NCBI RefSeq assembly: GCF_006345805.1
Contig: NC_043012.1
Coordinates: forward strand, 15,996,001 to 16,060,000
From: Octopus sinensis
Taxonomy: Eukaryota
DNA: 64,000 bases
Direction of reading: 5' to 3'
This document shows, one piece after another, positions 52,787 through 64,000 of this stretch. Under the pieces are notes generated by a model. That model worked only from the letters and a program-made list of their open reading frames with translations, searched no databases and was not told the origin of the DNA. The position numbers and the translations under genes are program-made. Numbering within the stretch: position 1 is the stretch's first letter; each line of letters opens with the position of its first letter.

Positions 52787-53535
52787 ACAGAATTAAGGGT
52801 TACAGAATTAACATAGGTTAAAGGAACATAAATCTTCTTCCACGAAAACAAAGCTTAAACTGTGTTCTAAATGGAGGTGTAGTCAAATCCTATTTTATGG
52901 ACGCAACCATGTTCTAAAATAGGTCGAAGCTTCTAAAATAAGTTAAGCTACAATAAATCGGTACGAACCTTCCGGACAACCCAATAAAATAAAAGTGGAG
53001 TTAAATAATAGCAGGCTTACTACATGACAAATATAACGCTTACAGGATAGAAGAAAAGGCCGTCCTGGGCACAATTTAGGATCAGTTCTTTTCTCAAACA
53101 TTATTGTGAAATATCAGTTACTAGGATTTGATAAAAAAGAATATTTCAGTTCGATCTTACCTTTTGCGGTGAAGCACAGTGTGATTTTCATTTACCGGTA
53201 AAAGTATGCACTGACCCAGTAGATCTACAATAAAAGTTAATAATGTATAAGTAATGGGAGTTAGCAAATCATGGAAACGATATATTTACCAGGTTGATCT
53301 TAATAATTAAATGGCAAATTTACTGTTTATCTTCAGTTTATGTTGAATTTATGTAATCACTTTATGATATATGAATGCAATAAAGACAACAAAAATTCAC
53401 ATTTACGCACTCACACACACACACACACACACTCACGCTCACACACATATACATACATAAATACATATATGTATATGTATGGATATATATATATACACAC
53501 ACATACATACATACATACATACATACATACATGCA

Positions 53536-53596
<61 letters not shown>

Positions 53597-53611
53597 CATA
53601 TATATACACAT

Positions 53612-54036
53612 ATGACAATAAGGGTTTAGCAACAAGTTGCTTGACCACATACCAAAATGTTTAGAAATAGCACCCAAAAGACTACTATTTCCTTTTTCTA
53701 CAAAAATATGTCTCTACAGACAACAATATTTGTAACTCACACATGGTAAAAAAGAAGAAAAATAATGAAATCCTAGCATTTTCAGATTTATAATTATCGA
53801 AATATTATGTTGACAAAGGAAAGGACTCTTATGATTCTAATCCAGAAACGCGTCCATAATTAATCGAAGAATGTTTGATTTCATTATTTTTCTTTTTCTT
53901 TTCATGAGTGAGTTACAAATATTGTTGTCTGTGGAGACATATTTTTGTACAAATAGGAAATAGTAGTCTTTTGGCTGCTATTTCTAAAATTTTCAGTATG
54001 TGGTCAAGTAACTTGTTGCTAAACCCTTATTGTTAT
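53612..54036 (+). mobile_element. Inverted-repeat element with a central hammerhead
   Basis: Arms ~53612-53772 and ~53877-54036; starts beside (TA)n/(TACA)n. Confidence 0.75.
53804..53860 (+). ncRNA. Minimal type-I hammerhead, U3-A8 variant (stem II closing pair mismatched)
   Basis: AUUAUG UUGACAA A-GGA...UCC-A GAAA CGCG UC / CAUAAU; perfect 6-bp stem I, ACGCGU stem III. Confidence 0.65.
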
Positions 54037-55392
54037 ATTGTCCTTATATATGGTCCTTTTCCATACCGAAAATCTACCAGGTGAAATTTTTTGATTTTAT
54101 TAAATTAATAATTTTTCAGCCTATATCTGTAATGATTATATATATATATAAAGATACATACATATGTATCTTAAAATCTGATGAGTACACTATGTATGAA
54201 AGCGCTAATTTTGTTTAAATAGCATAATAAAAAACGTGAAAACAAAGACTATGTTTTAACTTTATTCAACTTATATATTATTCTATACACATTCACACAA
54301 ATTGGAAACAATATATGGACAGAAAGTTCATAAAAAGAACAAGAAAGTATCCTCAAAGCCAGATCTTTTCAGATTACTCCATGAAATTTGGCAAGAAATG
54401 CCTCAAGAGAATATTTGCCATCACATCAGTAGGGTCTTTGCATTGAAAAATACAAAGGCAATTCTGGTAAATATTAGATATTTACAACATAATAATTAAT
54501 AAATAATTTGAATGTACAATTTCAGATTTAGATAAATTTTAACGATTATAAGGGTGTCTATGTATATCATTGTGTCTGGGGAGAGTAATTCTGTTTTAAT
54601 GCCTTATTAATCAACAACTTCACCGATTCGATTTCCACTCGTTTACTTATTTGTTTTTTCTAAAATTTTCGTTGCTTCTTGCAATCTCTTCAACAGTCGC
54701 TGACCCTTGTCCCTCATCGGACAGTCAACGACTATTATAATAATATTTCTGTGTGTGCACATAAAAATTCCTTAGTGGCCGTACAAAATCTAATGAAGTA
54801 ATCGCGTGTTTAGCAACATGCAATTTCAACAAACTTAATTTTTGCACCTGTAAAAAAAAACGAGCTACACGCAAACACAGACAAATACACACACACACAC
54901 ATACACATGTGCCTGCACACACACACACTCAAATAAACACACGCATGGTATGTGTTTAACACTCTTAAATACTTGTGACAACCATATCTGTGGAGTGCTA
55001 CTTTTGTTTATATGTATGTAAGTATGTATGTATGTTTGTATGTATGTATATATGTATGTGTGTACGTATGTACGTATATAGGTATGCTTATGTTTATGTA
55101 TGTGTGTATTAAGACTGGATCTGAGAGTTTGCTTCAAGTTCACGAAACTACGATCATCAGGAGTAACTAAAAAGACTTAGTATCGGTGGTTGATGTACGT
55201 GGTGTCTGTTTTTTTAATACTGGTTGTCATTTGTTTCTTGGGTGTTATTTCATTGGTTGTATTTTGTATCTATTGTATAGCGTTTGTATTTCATGCACGG
55301 GGAATGTTCCTTAATTTGTTGAAGTTGTTATTTCTTTATTTAATTTGTTGAAGTTGTATAAACACACACGCACGCACGCACGCACACACACA

Positions 55393-55439
<47 letters not shown>

Positions 55440-56349
55440 GCACGTATATGCTGTACTTATTCATTCCCAATACGTTCAGGCAGATTTGGACGAGAATATT
55501 TTAACCGCTGTTATATTTCGCCTTTGCAAAATACTTTCCTACTTCTGAACCAATTAATGTAAACAAATGGTGACTCCTGTAGAATTCCTTCCCTGAAAAT
55601 TGCAGGTCTTGGGCTTACATTATATACAGTTATTAAAGTTGCAAACTGGCAGAAAATTTAGTGAGACGCAAAGTGCTTTGCGGAATATGCTCCGGTTCTT
55701 TGCATTCTGACCTCCGTTCGCGCCAATTGTTTCTTCTTCTTCTTCTTCTTCTCTTCTTCTTCTTCTTCTTCTTCTTCTTCTTCTTCTTCTTCTTCTTCTT
55801 CCTTTTCCTCTTCCAACTGCTTCTGCTTATTATCATTAAAATATTTTGGATTCTGGATGGTTAGAAACAGTAGAATATCTAGCCAAATATTAGGCAGCAA
55901 TTAGTTACGTTTCTGTATGTTTTTTCTGCTAAAAACCGTTGGAATGTACTTTCTGTTTCATAAATCCTGAGTCCAAAGAGCATGGACACTAAAGTACTGA
56001 ATCAAATACATACTCCATCTTCAATGTTAGCTTTTTACTTTTACACACAACACAATGTATAGCTGTAGTCGTCATAGTTCAGCACGCTTTTTCGGACGTA
56101 GTTCCTTAAATGATTGCGACCATAGGTCAAGCACAGTGGGAGGTTGGTCATTTAAATTTTGTGCATCATGGATAATTTCAGAAACATTTTGTCCTAGTAC
56201 TACTATTAGGTTGTCTTGTCAGTATAGATTAAACTATACAGTTATGTCCATGCTGGAGCCACCATCAATCGAACCTGGCATGCATGCATACTGAGCAAAT
56301 ATCCCGTCCGGCAGGTATGCTACCAGAAAAGGAATATTATTATTTTTAT

Positions 56350-56494
56350 TTATTTACATTATTTACATTTGAAGGATATATGTCTTCAACCTGCTTGTTG
56401 TTAACACAACGATTAGGCTGATATATTCTCAAGCTTTCATCAGTGTCCTGAGGAAATTTCGGACCTGGGTTCTCATTCCTAAGGTATTTTTCGA

Positions 56495-56547
<53 letters not shown>

Positions 56548-56576
56548 TATTATTATTATTATCATTATTATCATTA

Positions 56577-56607
<31 letters not shown>

Positions 56608-56790
56608 TATTATTACATTATTTTTATTCAGGTCACTATCTGTAATCGAACTCGGAATCTTGGGGTTACCTGCCCGCGCTCTTAACCGCTACGCCATATG
56701 CCTGTGTGTTAACAAGCAAAGATTAGGACAAATATGTGTCAAATGTAAATAAAGTAAATAATGTACATAATTCCTCATCTCTTAAATATC
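56350..56790 (-). mobile_element. tRNA-headed SINE-like element with (AAT)n spacer, degenerate hammerhead tail and inverted terminal copy
   Basis: A box TGGCGTAGCGG (56686-56696), B box GAGTTCGATT (56644-56653), CTGATGA at 56443-56437; 56706-56760 plus strand is a diverged inverted copy of the tail. Confidence 0.65.
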
Positions 56791-57125
56791 GAACTGTAAA
56801 TTTTTCTTATCAAGGCTACCAACTTAAAATGAAACGAATTATTTTACGTATCGGATGACGTTAATCTAAGGTATCATTCATTAATATTTTATGTCAGGCC
56901 GACCCTTCATAGTTACCACTGATAAATCACTCCGCTTGTATTCTTGCATTTTGTACATATGTAGTCTTTCCTGAAACGTCTCACCTTTCAAATCCGAAAA
57001 TGGTTATATTATTTTAGTTATGGCATTGATTTTTTTTCCTGTTATCATAGTAAATCTCCCGCCGATGTACATCAGTAGAAGTTGCATCTTTGCTGAAATC
57101 AATACACTGGTGCTTTCAAACTACG

Positions 57126-57525
57126 TTTTGGTGTAATTTGAGAGGATAATACAAAAGTTATAGATGATTTAGTGATTTACTGCAAAACCCATGGCGGCCA
57201 AAATGATCAGAACGGTTGCTTTTACTCTGTGTTTTAGTATATTTAACCGGCGAACTCTAATGTTTTGAATTTGTTTACGTGACGGTCCGTTTACTAAACA
57301 TTAGTAAGAATATTTGCAGTGTACTTTGTTAATATAATGCCACTTACTAATGTTTAGTAAACGAACCGTCACGTAAACAAATTCAAAATATTAGAGTTCG
57401 CCGGTTAAATATATTAAAACACGGAGTAAAAGCAACCGTTCTGATCATTTTGGCCGCCATGGGTTTTGCAGTAAATTACTAAATCATCTATAACTTTCGT
57501 ATTATCCTCTCAAATTACACCAAAA
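57126..57525. repeat. Near-perfect palindrome (183-bp arms, 34-bp spacer); MITE/foldback-like
   Basis: 57126-57308 vs 57343-57525. Confidence 0.95.
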
Positions 57526-57559
57526 TCTCAGGCAATAACAAATAATATCGTATTTATTG

Positions 57560-57656
57560 TCTGTGAAAATTATAGAATATAAAACAACTTTGATAAAAAA
57601 TTATATCTACTTTTCTGACGAAAATAATGCCGTTCTGAAAATTTTGGCCGCCACTG
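57560..57656 (-). mobile_element. Tc1-type terminal inverted repeat fragment
   Basis: Minus strand TA|CAGTGGCGGCCAAAATTTTCAGAACGGC. Confidence 0.65.
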
Positions 57657-57757
57657 TATATATATATAATATATATATATATGTAAAGGTTCGAATGACC
57701 CGTCCTTGTTTTTGAATTGTCTATCATTGTTTTGTGTTCTTGTCCCATTTTGTATTT

Positions 57758-57831
<74 letters not shown>

Positions 57832-57868
57832 GCGTACGTACACTTTGTTATCTTATATGTATGTAAGT

Positions 57869-57969
57869 AACGTTAAAGACTTTCTCAATTCCCGAGCGTT
57901 ATATTAATACATCTGTTTGTTTTCTACACCACATGTCTTCGTCGTTTGTTTTTTTTTTGTGAATTTTCC

Positions 57970-58020
<51 letters not shown>

Positions 58021-58108
58021 TGTGTGTAGAAAACAAACAGAGTATTAGTGTAACACTCGGGAAATGAGAAAGTTTTTAACCTTTCGAGCCTACGCTCTTC
58101 CACAGAAA
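57869..58108. repeat. Convergent pair of a (TA)n-ending repeat with a degenerate hammerhead-like motif
   Basis: 57875-57935 is the reverse complement of ~58018-58078; minus 58108-58074 reads UUU CUGUGGA A GAGC-GUAG-GCUC GAAA GGUU AAA. Confidence 0.6.
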
Positions 58109-58126
58109 GGAACACAAAAAGAACAA

Positions 58127-58165
<39 letters not shown>

Positions 58166-58486
58166 ACATGAATGTCTCCACGAAAAACATTACAAATAAC
58201 AGTAAAAAGAAAGAACCTCAGAGAAATAAAGTGGAACATATAAACACTAGCCTACGCTCCCACCAAAGGAGAGCCGCATACACACCTCTAGTACATGGCA
58301 GTATCGCCGATGGGTAAATATATGCTTGTATGAAACTCTAAACACAGTATGAAATGGTAAATACGATCATAATAATAAATACTATAATAAAATAATAATA
58401 ATATAATAAAATAATGATAATAATGATGATAATAATAATAATAATGATAATAATAATAATAATAATAATGATAATAATAATAATAA

Positions 58487-58523
<37 letters not shown>

Positions 58524-58557
58524 TAATAATAATAATATTAATAATAATAATAATAAA

Positions 58558-59133
58558 AAACTGGTGAAACACAAACCACCTCCAGTGCTTGAAAACGACC
58601 ACATTTCACTCCTCTGGAACTTCACCATTCAAACTGACAGAAAGATAGATGCAAATAGGTCAGACATCATATTGAAAGACTTCAGACAAAGAACATGCCT
58701 CCTCATTGATATGACTGTCCCAATCGATATAAACGTATCTGTCAAGACCTAGAAATAGAAATCAGCAAAATGTGGAACCTGAAGACTAAAACAATACCTG
58801 TTGTCATAGGTACCCTGGGAATGATAGCGAAAGGGGCTGACTGCTACCTAACTCAGATACCAGGAAACTCCAAAATGGTAGAAATTCAAAAGATAGTGCT
58901 CATGGGAACTGCTCATATCATACGCAAAATACTTTCTATGTAATCTCAAGGTTTAAAACAAACATAATTTTGGTTTTTTTTTTAGACATTCACTAGTACA
59001 ACACCAAATAAAACCCAAATATATGGCACACTAGGCATAACAACAACGTGAACTTCCAACCTGTTGTCTCTTGAGGTCTCTGGGTGAGACTTGGAGCCAA
59101 CTTGTACAAATATAAAGCAAAAGTCAAACATGG
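58558..59133 (+). mobile_element. R4/Dong-like LINE 3' end, copy A, between (TAA)n tracts
   Basis: PVLENDHISLLWNFTIQTDRKIDANRSDIILKD...CLLIDMTVP...EISKMWNLKTKTIPVVIGTLG...MGTAHIIRKILS. Confidence 0.85.
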
Positions 59134-59162
59134 AATAATAATAATAATAATAATAATAATAA

Positions 59163-59634
59163 CGAGAAAGCAACCATACTCTGAAATATGCCAATGCACA
59201 CAGATAGAGAAATTAAGGCCAACAGACCAGATATACTTGTCAGAGATCATGAAGAAAAAAATGCTTTCTAATTGATGTATCAATACCAGCAGATGACGAC
59301 GTGTCTCTAAAAGAAATGGAGAAACCTTCAAAATACAAAGACCTGGAAATAGAGGTAACCAGAATGTGGAATCTAAAAACAGAAACAATTCCTATCATAA
59401 TAGGTGCATTAGGCATGATAAAGAAATATTCAGACAAATACATAACAAAAACACCAGGACTTACAAACACATATAACGCAGAAAATTGCATTACTAGGCA
59501 CTGCGCACATCCTACGCAGAACACTTTCCATACAGTAACCATCAGAGCAGCACAACAAATCACAGCACATACCCAAGGCATACAGAGCTGCGTTCGGTAG
59601 GGAAGTGAAAGCACGCTATAAAAATATACTACTG
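59163..59634 (+). mobile_element. R4/Dong-like LINE 3' end, copy B, between (TAA)n tracts
   Basis: HTDREIKANRPDILVRD...LIDVSIPADDDVSLKEMEKPSKYKDLEIEVTRMWNLKTETIPIIIGALG. Confidence 0.85.
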
Positions 59635-59850
59635 AATAATAATAATAATACCCCACCAACCCTTACATATTTAAGATTATATGAAATACAAGACAAAAGT
59701 CGAAATAAACATCATTTAACAATACCACACAGTAGTAGCAGTTAATAACGACGATGATGACAGTTATACTGTCACCATCGTTACGAAGAAGAAGAAGAAG
59801 AAGAAGAAGAAGAAGAAGAAGAAGAAGAAGAAGAAGAAGAAGAAGAAGAA

Positions 59851-60150
59851 ATGGTACACTGGAAGATGTAATGGACGAATACAGGAAGGCTAAGATCCTC
59901 TGTTAGAGCACCGAAGGCCAAATATATGACCTTTAGGAGGAACAAACATGAGTGCCTAATAATCGACGTGTCAGCGCCAGGGGAGCAAATATTATCATGG
60001 AAGAAGTATAAAAGATTAATAAACATAGAGACTTGAGAATTGAGATCGCCAAGATGTGGCAGCTACCAGGGTCAAACATAAGGTTTGTCCCTGTTATCAT
60101 TAGAGCATTGGCTTTAATACCACCCAACCTGAAAAATATCTGGTATCTTT
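59851..60150 (+). mobile_element. R4/Dong-like fragment, copy C, after (GAA)n
   Basis: ECLIIDVSAP...KYRDLRIEIAKMWQL...FVPVIIRALG. Confidence 0.65.
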
Positions 60151-61150
60151 AGAAATGCAATCTAGGTGTATTGCAATGCAACTTTTGTTCCTTAAGTCTT
60201 TGAACAATCCACTACATTGATTCCACATAAATTTCCATTAGGTAATTATCGCAGAGTACAAGTTGAGAGGGGAAAACTATGACAATTATCTTTATCTTAG
60301 ACTTTATCAACAAACTATAGATTTTAACACTACTGAACAATTATGATATTTTGGCTAATTATATTTATTTCAATTTATCTCATCATATTCTATTGCAATT
60401 AATTTTAACTAGTAAATACTACGGGATTGTCTCCTGAACTTTTCTAAATCAGGATTAATAATTAAGCTAATGGTTATTTCTCTTTGTCACAGATGGAATT
60501 TTAATTAATTAAGCATTTATTGATTTAATACACTAAGTACCTTAGCACCGGATTTACCACTTGGTTTTCGTAAATGTGTCTTGTTGGGTGTATCCGCTGC
60601 TAAATGGTTGTTTCAAATTTAGATGAGGTCTGAAATTGGACGGATGAAAATAGCAGCCATTGTGTGGGTATTGAGTGCAAAGTTGTTCTCAGTTGGATTA
60701 AAGCACTTCTGTCGGTGCACTAACTTACTCTACTTCCACTCGTAAATATTACCATTTCAACTTAATAAATACTCTTTCACAAGCAAATAATCCTATTTAA
60801 ACTTAATATGTGGTAAAAAAAAATAACAGTCTAAGAAAAACAACAGAAACAAAAGAACGAAAACGAATACATGAGAAATGCACCGATATGAATAACTATA
60901 TCAGCCTTAAACAATGTGTCAAGATCTATATGTCAGTCTGTATGTCTGTTTGTCTGAAGCTATATCTACACAGTTACACACACACACACAAACACATACT
61001 GAATAAGTAATGTTTTAAATTACCTCTTTTTTAGATTGATGAATCGATAGGAGCTGTAGCTATTTTATTTCATTATTCAGTCTCAATAAAACTTTACTCT
61101 ATTAATTGTATCGTGTACTTTCTTTCTATGAAATATCACCTGTATATATG

Positions 61151-61200
<50 letters not shown>

Positions 61201-61209
61201 TATATATAT

Positions 61210-61360
61210 ACAACTTATAAATAAGGGCAAACGAAAAAATTTTCGGCATATTTAGAAATTCTTTCGTTTACCCTTATTTCTAAGTTGTTTATAATTTTAA
61301 CATTTAAAGGTATTTTTTACATTGATAAAATATTTTGTCGAAAAAATTTTATCCTACATT
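61210..61360. repeat. (TA)n-flanked hairpin repeat (family of 21130-21350)
   Basis: Arms 61210-61242 and 61256-61288 with 3 mismatches; shared downstream sequence. Confidence 0.8.
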
Positions 61361-61364
61361 AAAT

Positions 61365-61395
<31 letters not shown>

Positions 61396-61402
61396 ATATA
61401 TA

Positions 61403-61435
<33 letters not shown>

Positions 61436-61436
61436 C

Positions 61437-62496
61437 GGGGGACTGTCTTGGGTCCGCTACTCTTCATAATCTACATAAACGACCTTTCCAGTGTCGTACA
61501 TTACTGCAAAGTGAAAATATTTGCTGATGACACTAAGCTCCAGCAAATCGTCAATGAAGAAGCAGACCGAACTCAACTCCAGTCTGATCTATATGCTGTG
61601 AGTCAGACAGAAACAAAATGCAACTGAACGAGGGAAAATTTGAGCTGATGCATTTTGGAAGAAATTCCTCACTAAAACAGCCATACTCTCTTCCTTCAGG
61701 GGAACCGCTCACAGCCTCTAACAATATCAGAGATCTGGGTGTAATTGTTGATGACGATCTCAGTTGGAGTGCACACATCAACAAGAAGGTCGATATAGCT
61801 CGTAGGATGAGTTCCTGGATCTTAAGAACTTTCCGGTCCAGAGAACAAGGTGTCATCATACCACTTTTCTCCTCCTTTGTACGGCCACACCTCGAATACT
61901 GCTGCCCACTGTGATCTCCCCATACAAGACAAAACATCTCGAGGATTGAATCACCCCAGAGAGTACTCACTAAACGAATTGAAGGCATGGCTGCTCTCGA
62001 TTATTGAGATCGCCTTAAAGCCTTGAAACTCTACTCTCTCCAGCGTCGCCGTGAGCGGTACATCATTTGTACGATGTGGAGAATATACTGCCAACTTTGC
62101 CCAAACGACCTGAACATTAGCCTCAAGGTTCATCCAAGACTGGGACCACGGGCTATACGTCCCCTGCCCAATTCAAGATCACAGCATACATGTACACTAC
62201 AACATAATTTCTTTTCCTCAACAGGCCCTGCCCTATTTAACATTGTCCCGAAAGAGATCAAAGAGGAACAGGATCCCATCAACTTTAAACGGAGTCTGGA
62301 TAGATTCCTTCAAGGAATACCAGATAAGCCACCCATAATTAGATACAACTCACCCAACAAAAACTCACTACTTGAATGGACCATAAACAAAACTTGACTT
62401 AAACAGGATTCAAATAATCCTATCAGGTGGTGCTATTAAGTTAGACATGGCCTGGACCAATCATTGGTCGAAACATATCTAAGTTTATCTAAGTTT

Positions 62497-62497
<1 letters not shown>
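61437..62497 (+). mobile_element. CR1-like LINE, 5'-truncated (RT C-half and 3' UTR)
   Basis: GTVLGPLLFIIYINDL...IFADDTKL...MQLNEGKFELMH...RDLGVIVDDDLSWSAHI...SSFVRPHLEYCCPL*SP...LYSLQRRRERY; tandem atctaagttt tail; (TA)n on both sides. Confidence 0.9.
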
Positions 62498-62533
<36 letters not shown>

Positions 62534-62582
62534 ATGTATGTATATATGTAAATATAATATGTGACAATTATTCAGTAGACAT

Positions 62583-62644
62583 GATAAAATTCCGAGTTTC
62601 GGATGCCAGGGTGGAAATCCACGCCGGCATCTCTTCAGTTATTC
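62583..62644 (-). ncRNA. Minimal type-I hammerhead (near-intact)
   Basis: GAAUAA CUGAAGA GAUGCC-(18 nt)-GGCAUC C GAAA CUCGGAAU U / UUAUC; 6-bp stem II, one mismatch in stem III, 4-bp stem I. Confidence 0.55.
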
Positions 62645-64000
62645 GCCCATCGGAAAAAATGCTATGTATTGATTGGCGTTAAGAATAGAATCAAATTCCA
62701 TGGCCGAAGTGCAGTTTGAACTACATCATTCAGAACTAGTTTATCGGTTCTAGTCAGCTCTTCTGTTTTAAATTTCTAAGTGACTCACTTGAGGTAAATC
62801 CACTTCAATACGGACATGCTGCTTCCACACATTCCTAAAAGAAGTTTTGTAGATCAAATTTATTGATGAAAATGATGGATTAAAGAAGGTGGCTTTAGAG
62901 ATGTAATAACGTTATTTCGATCGTTTTGTTGTAATTGACACAAGAAGTATACTTCGTTTACATTTCCTACTTACAGAGGTACTATTGATATAGGCACATC
63001 AAACTGGAAGGAAAGCAGATATATATCACCATTAAAAAAAATATTTGTAGAAAAAGAATATTGTCTTATTAGCTTTCCATCTAGATAAATATTTATGTAT
63101 CGCTGTTACACAGATTTTGCTTATATCATGCCTAATTTAAGGATAAAAACAAGTTTACGAAATAACTGCAATTTCGAAAATTTTTATTATAAAAGCTTAA
63201 AGAAAAATTTGATTGTGTGCAACCTAAAATACTTTCTCCCCCTCTTTCTTTCTCTACAGCGAGAAAAATAAATATTGTAATATTTTTGATAGCCTTAAAT
63301 GGAAACAGAAATTTTGTCGAAAGCACAAGTGGACAGTAATGATAAACTGATCGGCTTTCGATGTTATAAACATCAAATTCTTCAAATTTAATAAATGAAA
63401 ATCGTTTTCCTTCAGCAGTTCACACTCTCTAGTTCTATGGATCGTGAGTCGATTTTTACAATAATGAAAGAAGATAAACATGGGAAAACGTCAATTGAAT
63501 AACCAAATGGAATTCGAAACACAAAATGAATAATTGAGGTAGATACAAGTTAATTTAACGGGCAAAGTTTTCGATTGGTAATTCGTGACTAAAATGAGAA
63601 AGGTGAATGATATGAATAAAGTTACGAAGGCTCAATAATACTAGCACTGGGAATATTAATACAATTGCTTAAATATCTCTGAACATCGTATTGTTGATGA
63701 ATTGATAATACAAGAAAACACAGAATAAATATCCGACGCCATGATGAAAGGAAAATGCGGGTTATTAATAAAAAAAATGAAAGAACTCTCTAAATTATGA
63801 TTAAATATATAAAGCGGAAATAAATATCGGATTGGAAACGCTGTTGCTTTAGGAGTGACACAGAAGATTTAATTAGGGATAAATTATCACTAACTGACGT
63901 CTGCATATGATGGAACGACAGTGACAAATATTACACTCTGAACAAAAGTACTTCCAAGAACTAATCTGATTGATGCAAAAGCACCTGACACAACTTATCA

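Noticed and set aside
52787-52815. ttaagggtta read as a telomeric addition
   Set aside because: Only a short acagaattaa duplication, not (TTAGGG)n.
55120-55180. Other partial hammerhead words (55130-55170, 16985-17030, 45160-45210, 48700-48760, 57615-57645)
   Set aside because: Core or stems are broken at several positions; expected by chance or too decayed to call.
62435-62485. CR1 3' stem-loop with GAAAC read as a hammerhead
   Set aside because: No CUGANGA-type core; better explained as a LINE 3' recognition hairpin.

Overview
AT-rich, microsatellite-dense animal DNA, probably cephalopod (Octopus-like, inferred only from recalled SINE families). I recognise no host-gene exon. The long ORFs in the track are retroelement or transposase relics, or simple-repeat artefacts. 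Contents: (1) two Tx1/L1-clade LINEs, one flanked by (TATC)n and interrupted by a 531-bp Helitron; (2) R4/Dong-like 3' ends in (TAA)n; (3) CR1-, RTE- and Penelope (RT, GIY-YIG) fragments; (4) Tc1/mariner, hAT and Helitron relics; (5) several tRNA-derived SINE families. The main hunt result is a set of unrelated short non-coding repeats beside (TA)n tracts that carry minimal type-I hammerhead ribozyme folds. Two are fully paired (37500-37541 minus, 52626-52720 plus), three are near-intact (47178, 53804, 62583) and several are degenerate. They lie in the tandem-plus-inverted layout typical of Penelope-like elements, with monomers of about 361 and 468 nt, a recurrent U3-A8 core variant, and one tRNA-headed SINE with a hammerhead-like tail. 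I read this as a candidate Penelope-dependent retrozyme system. All folds were read by eye; nothing was computed or searched.
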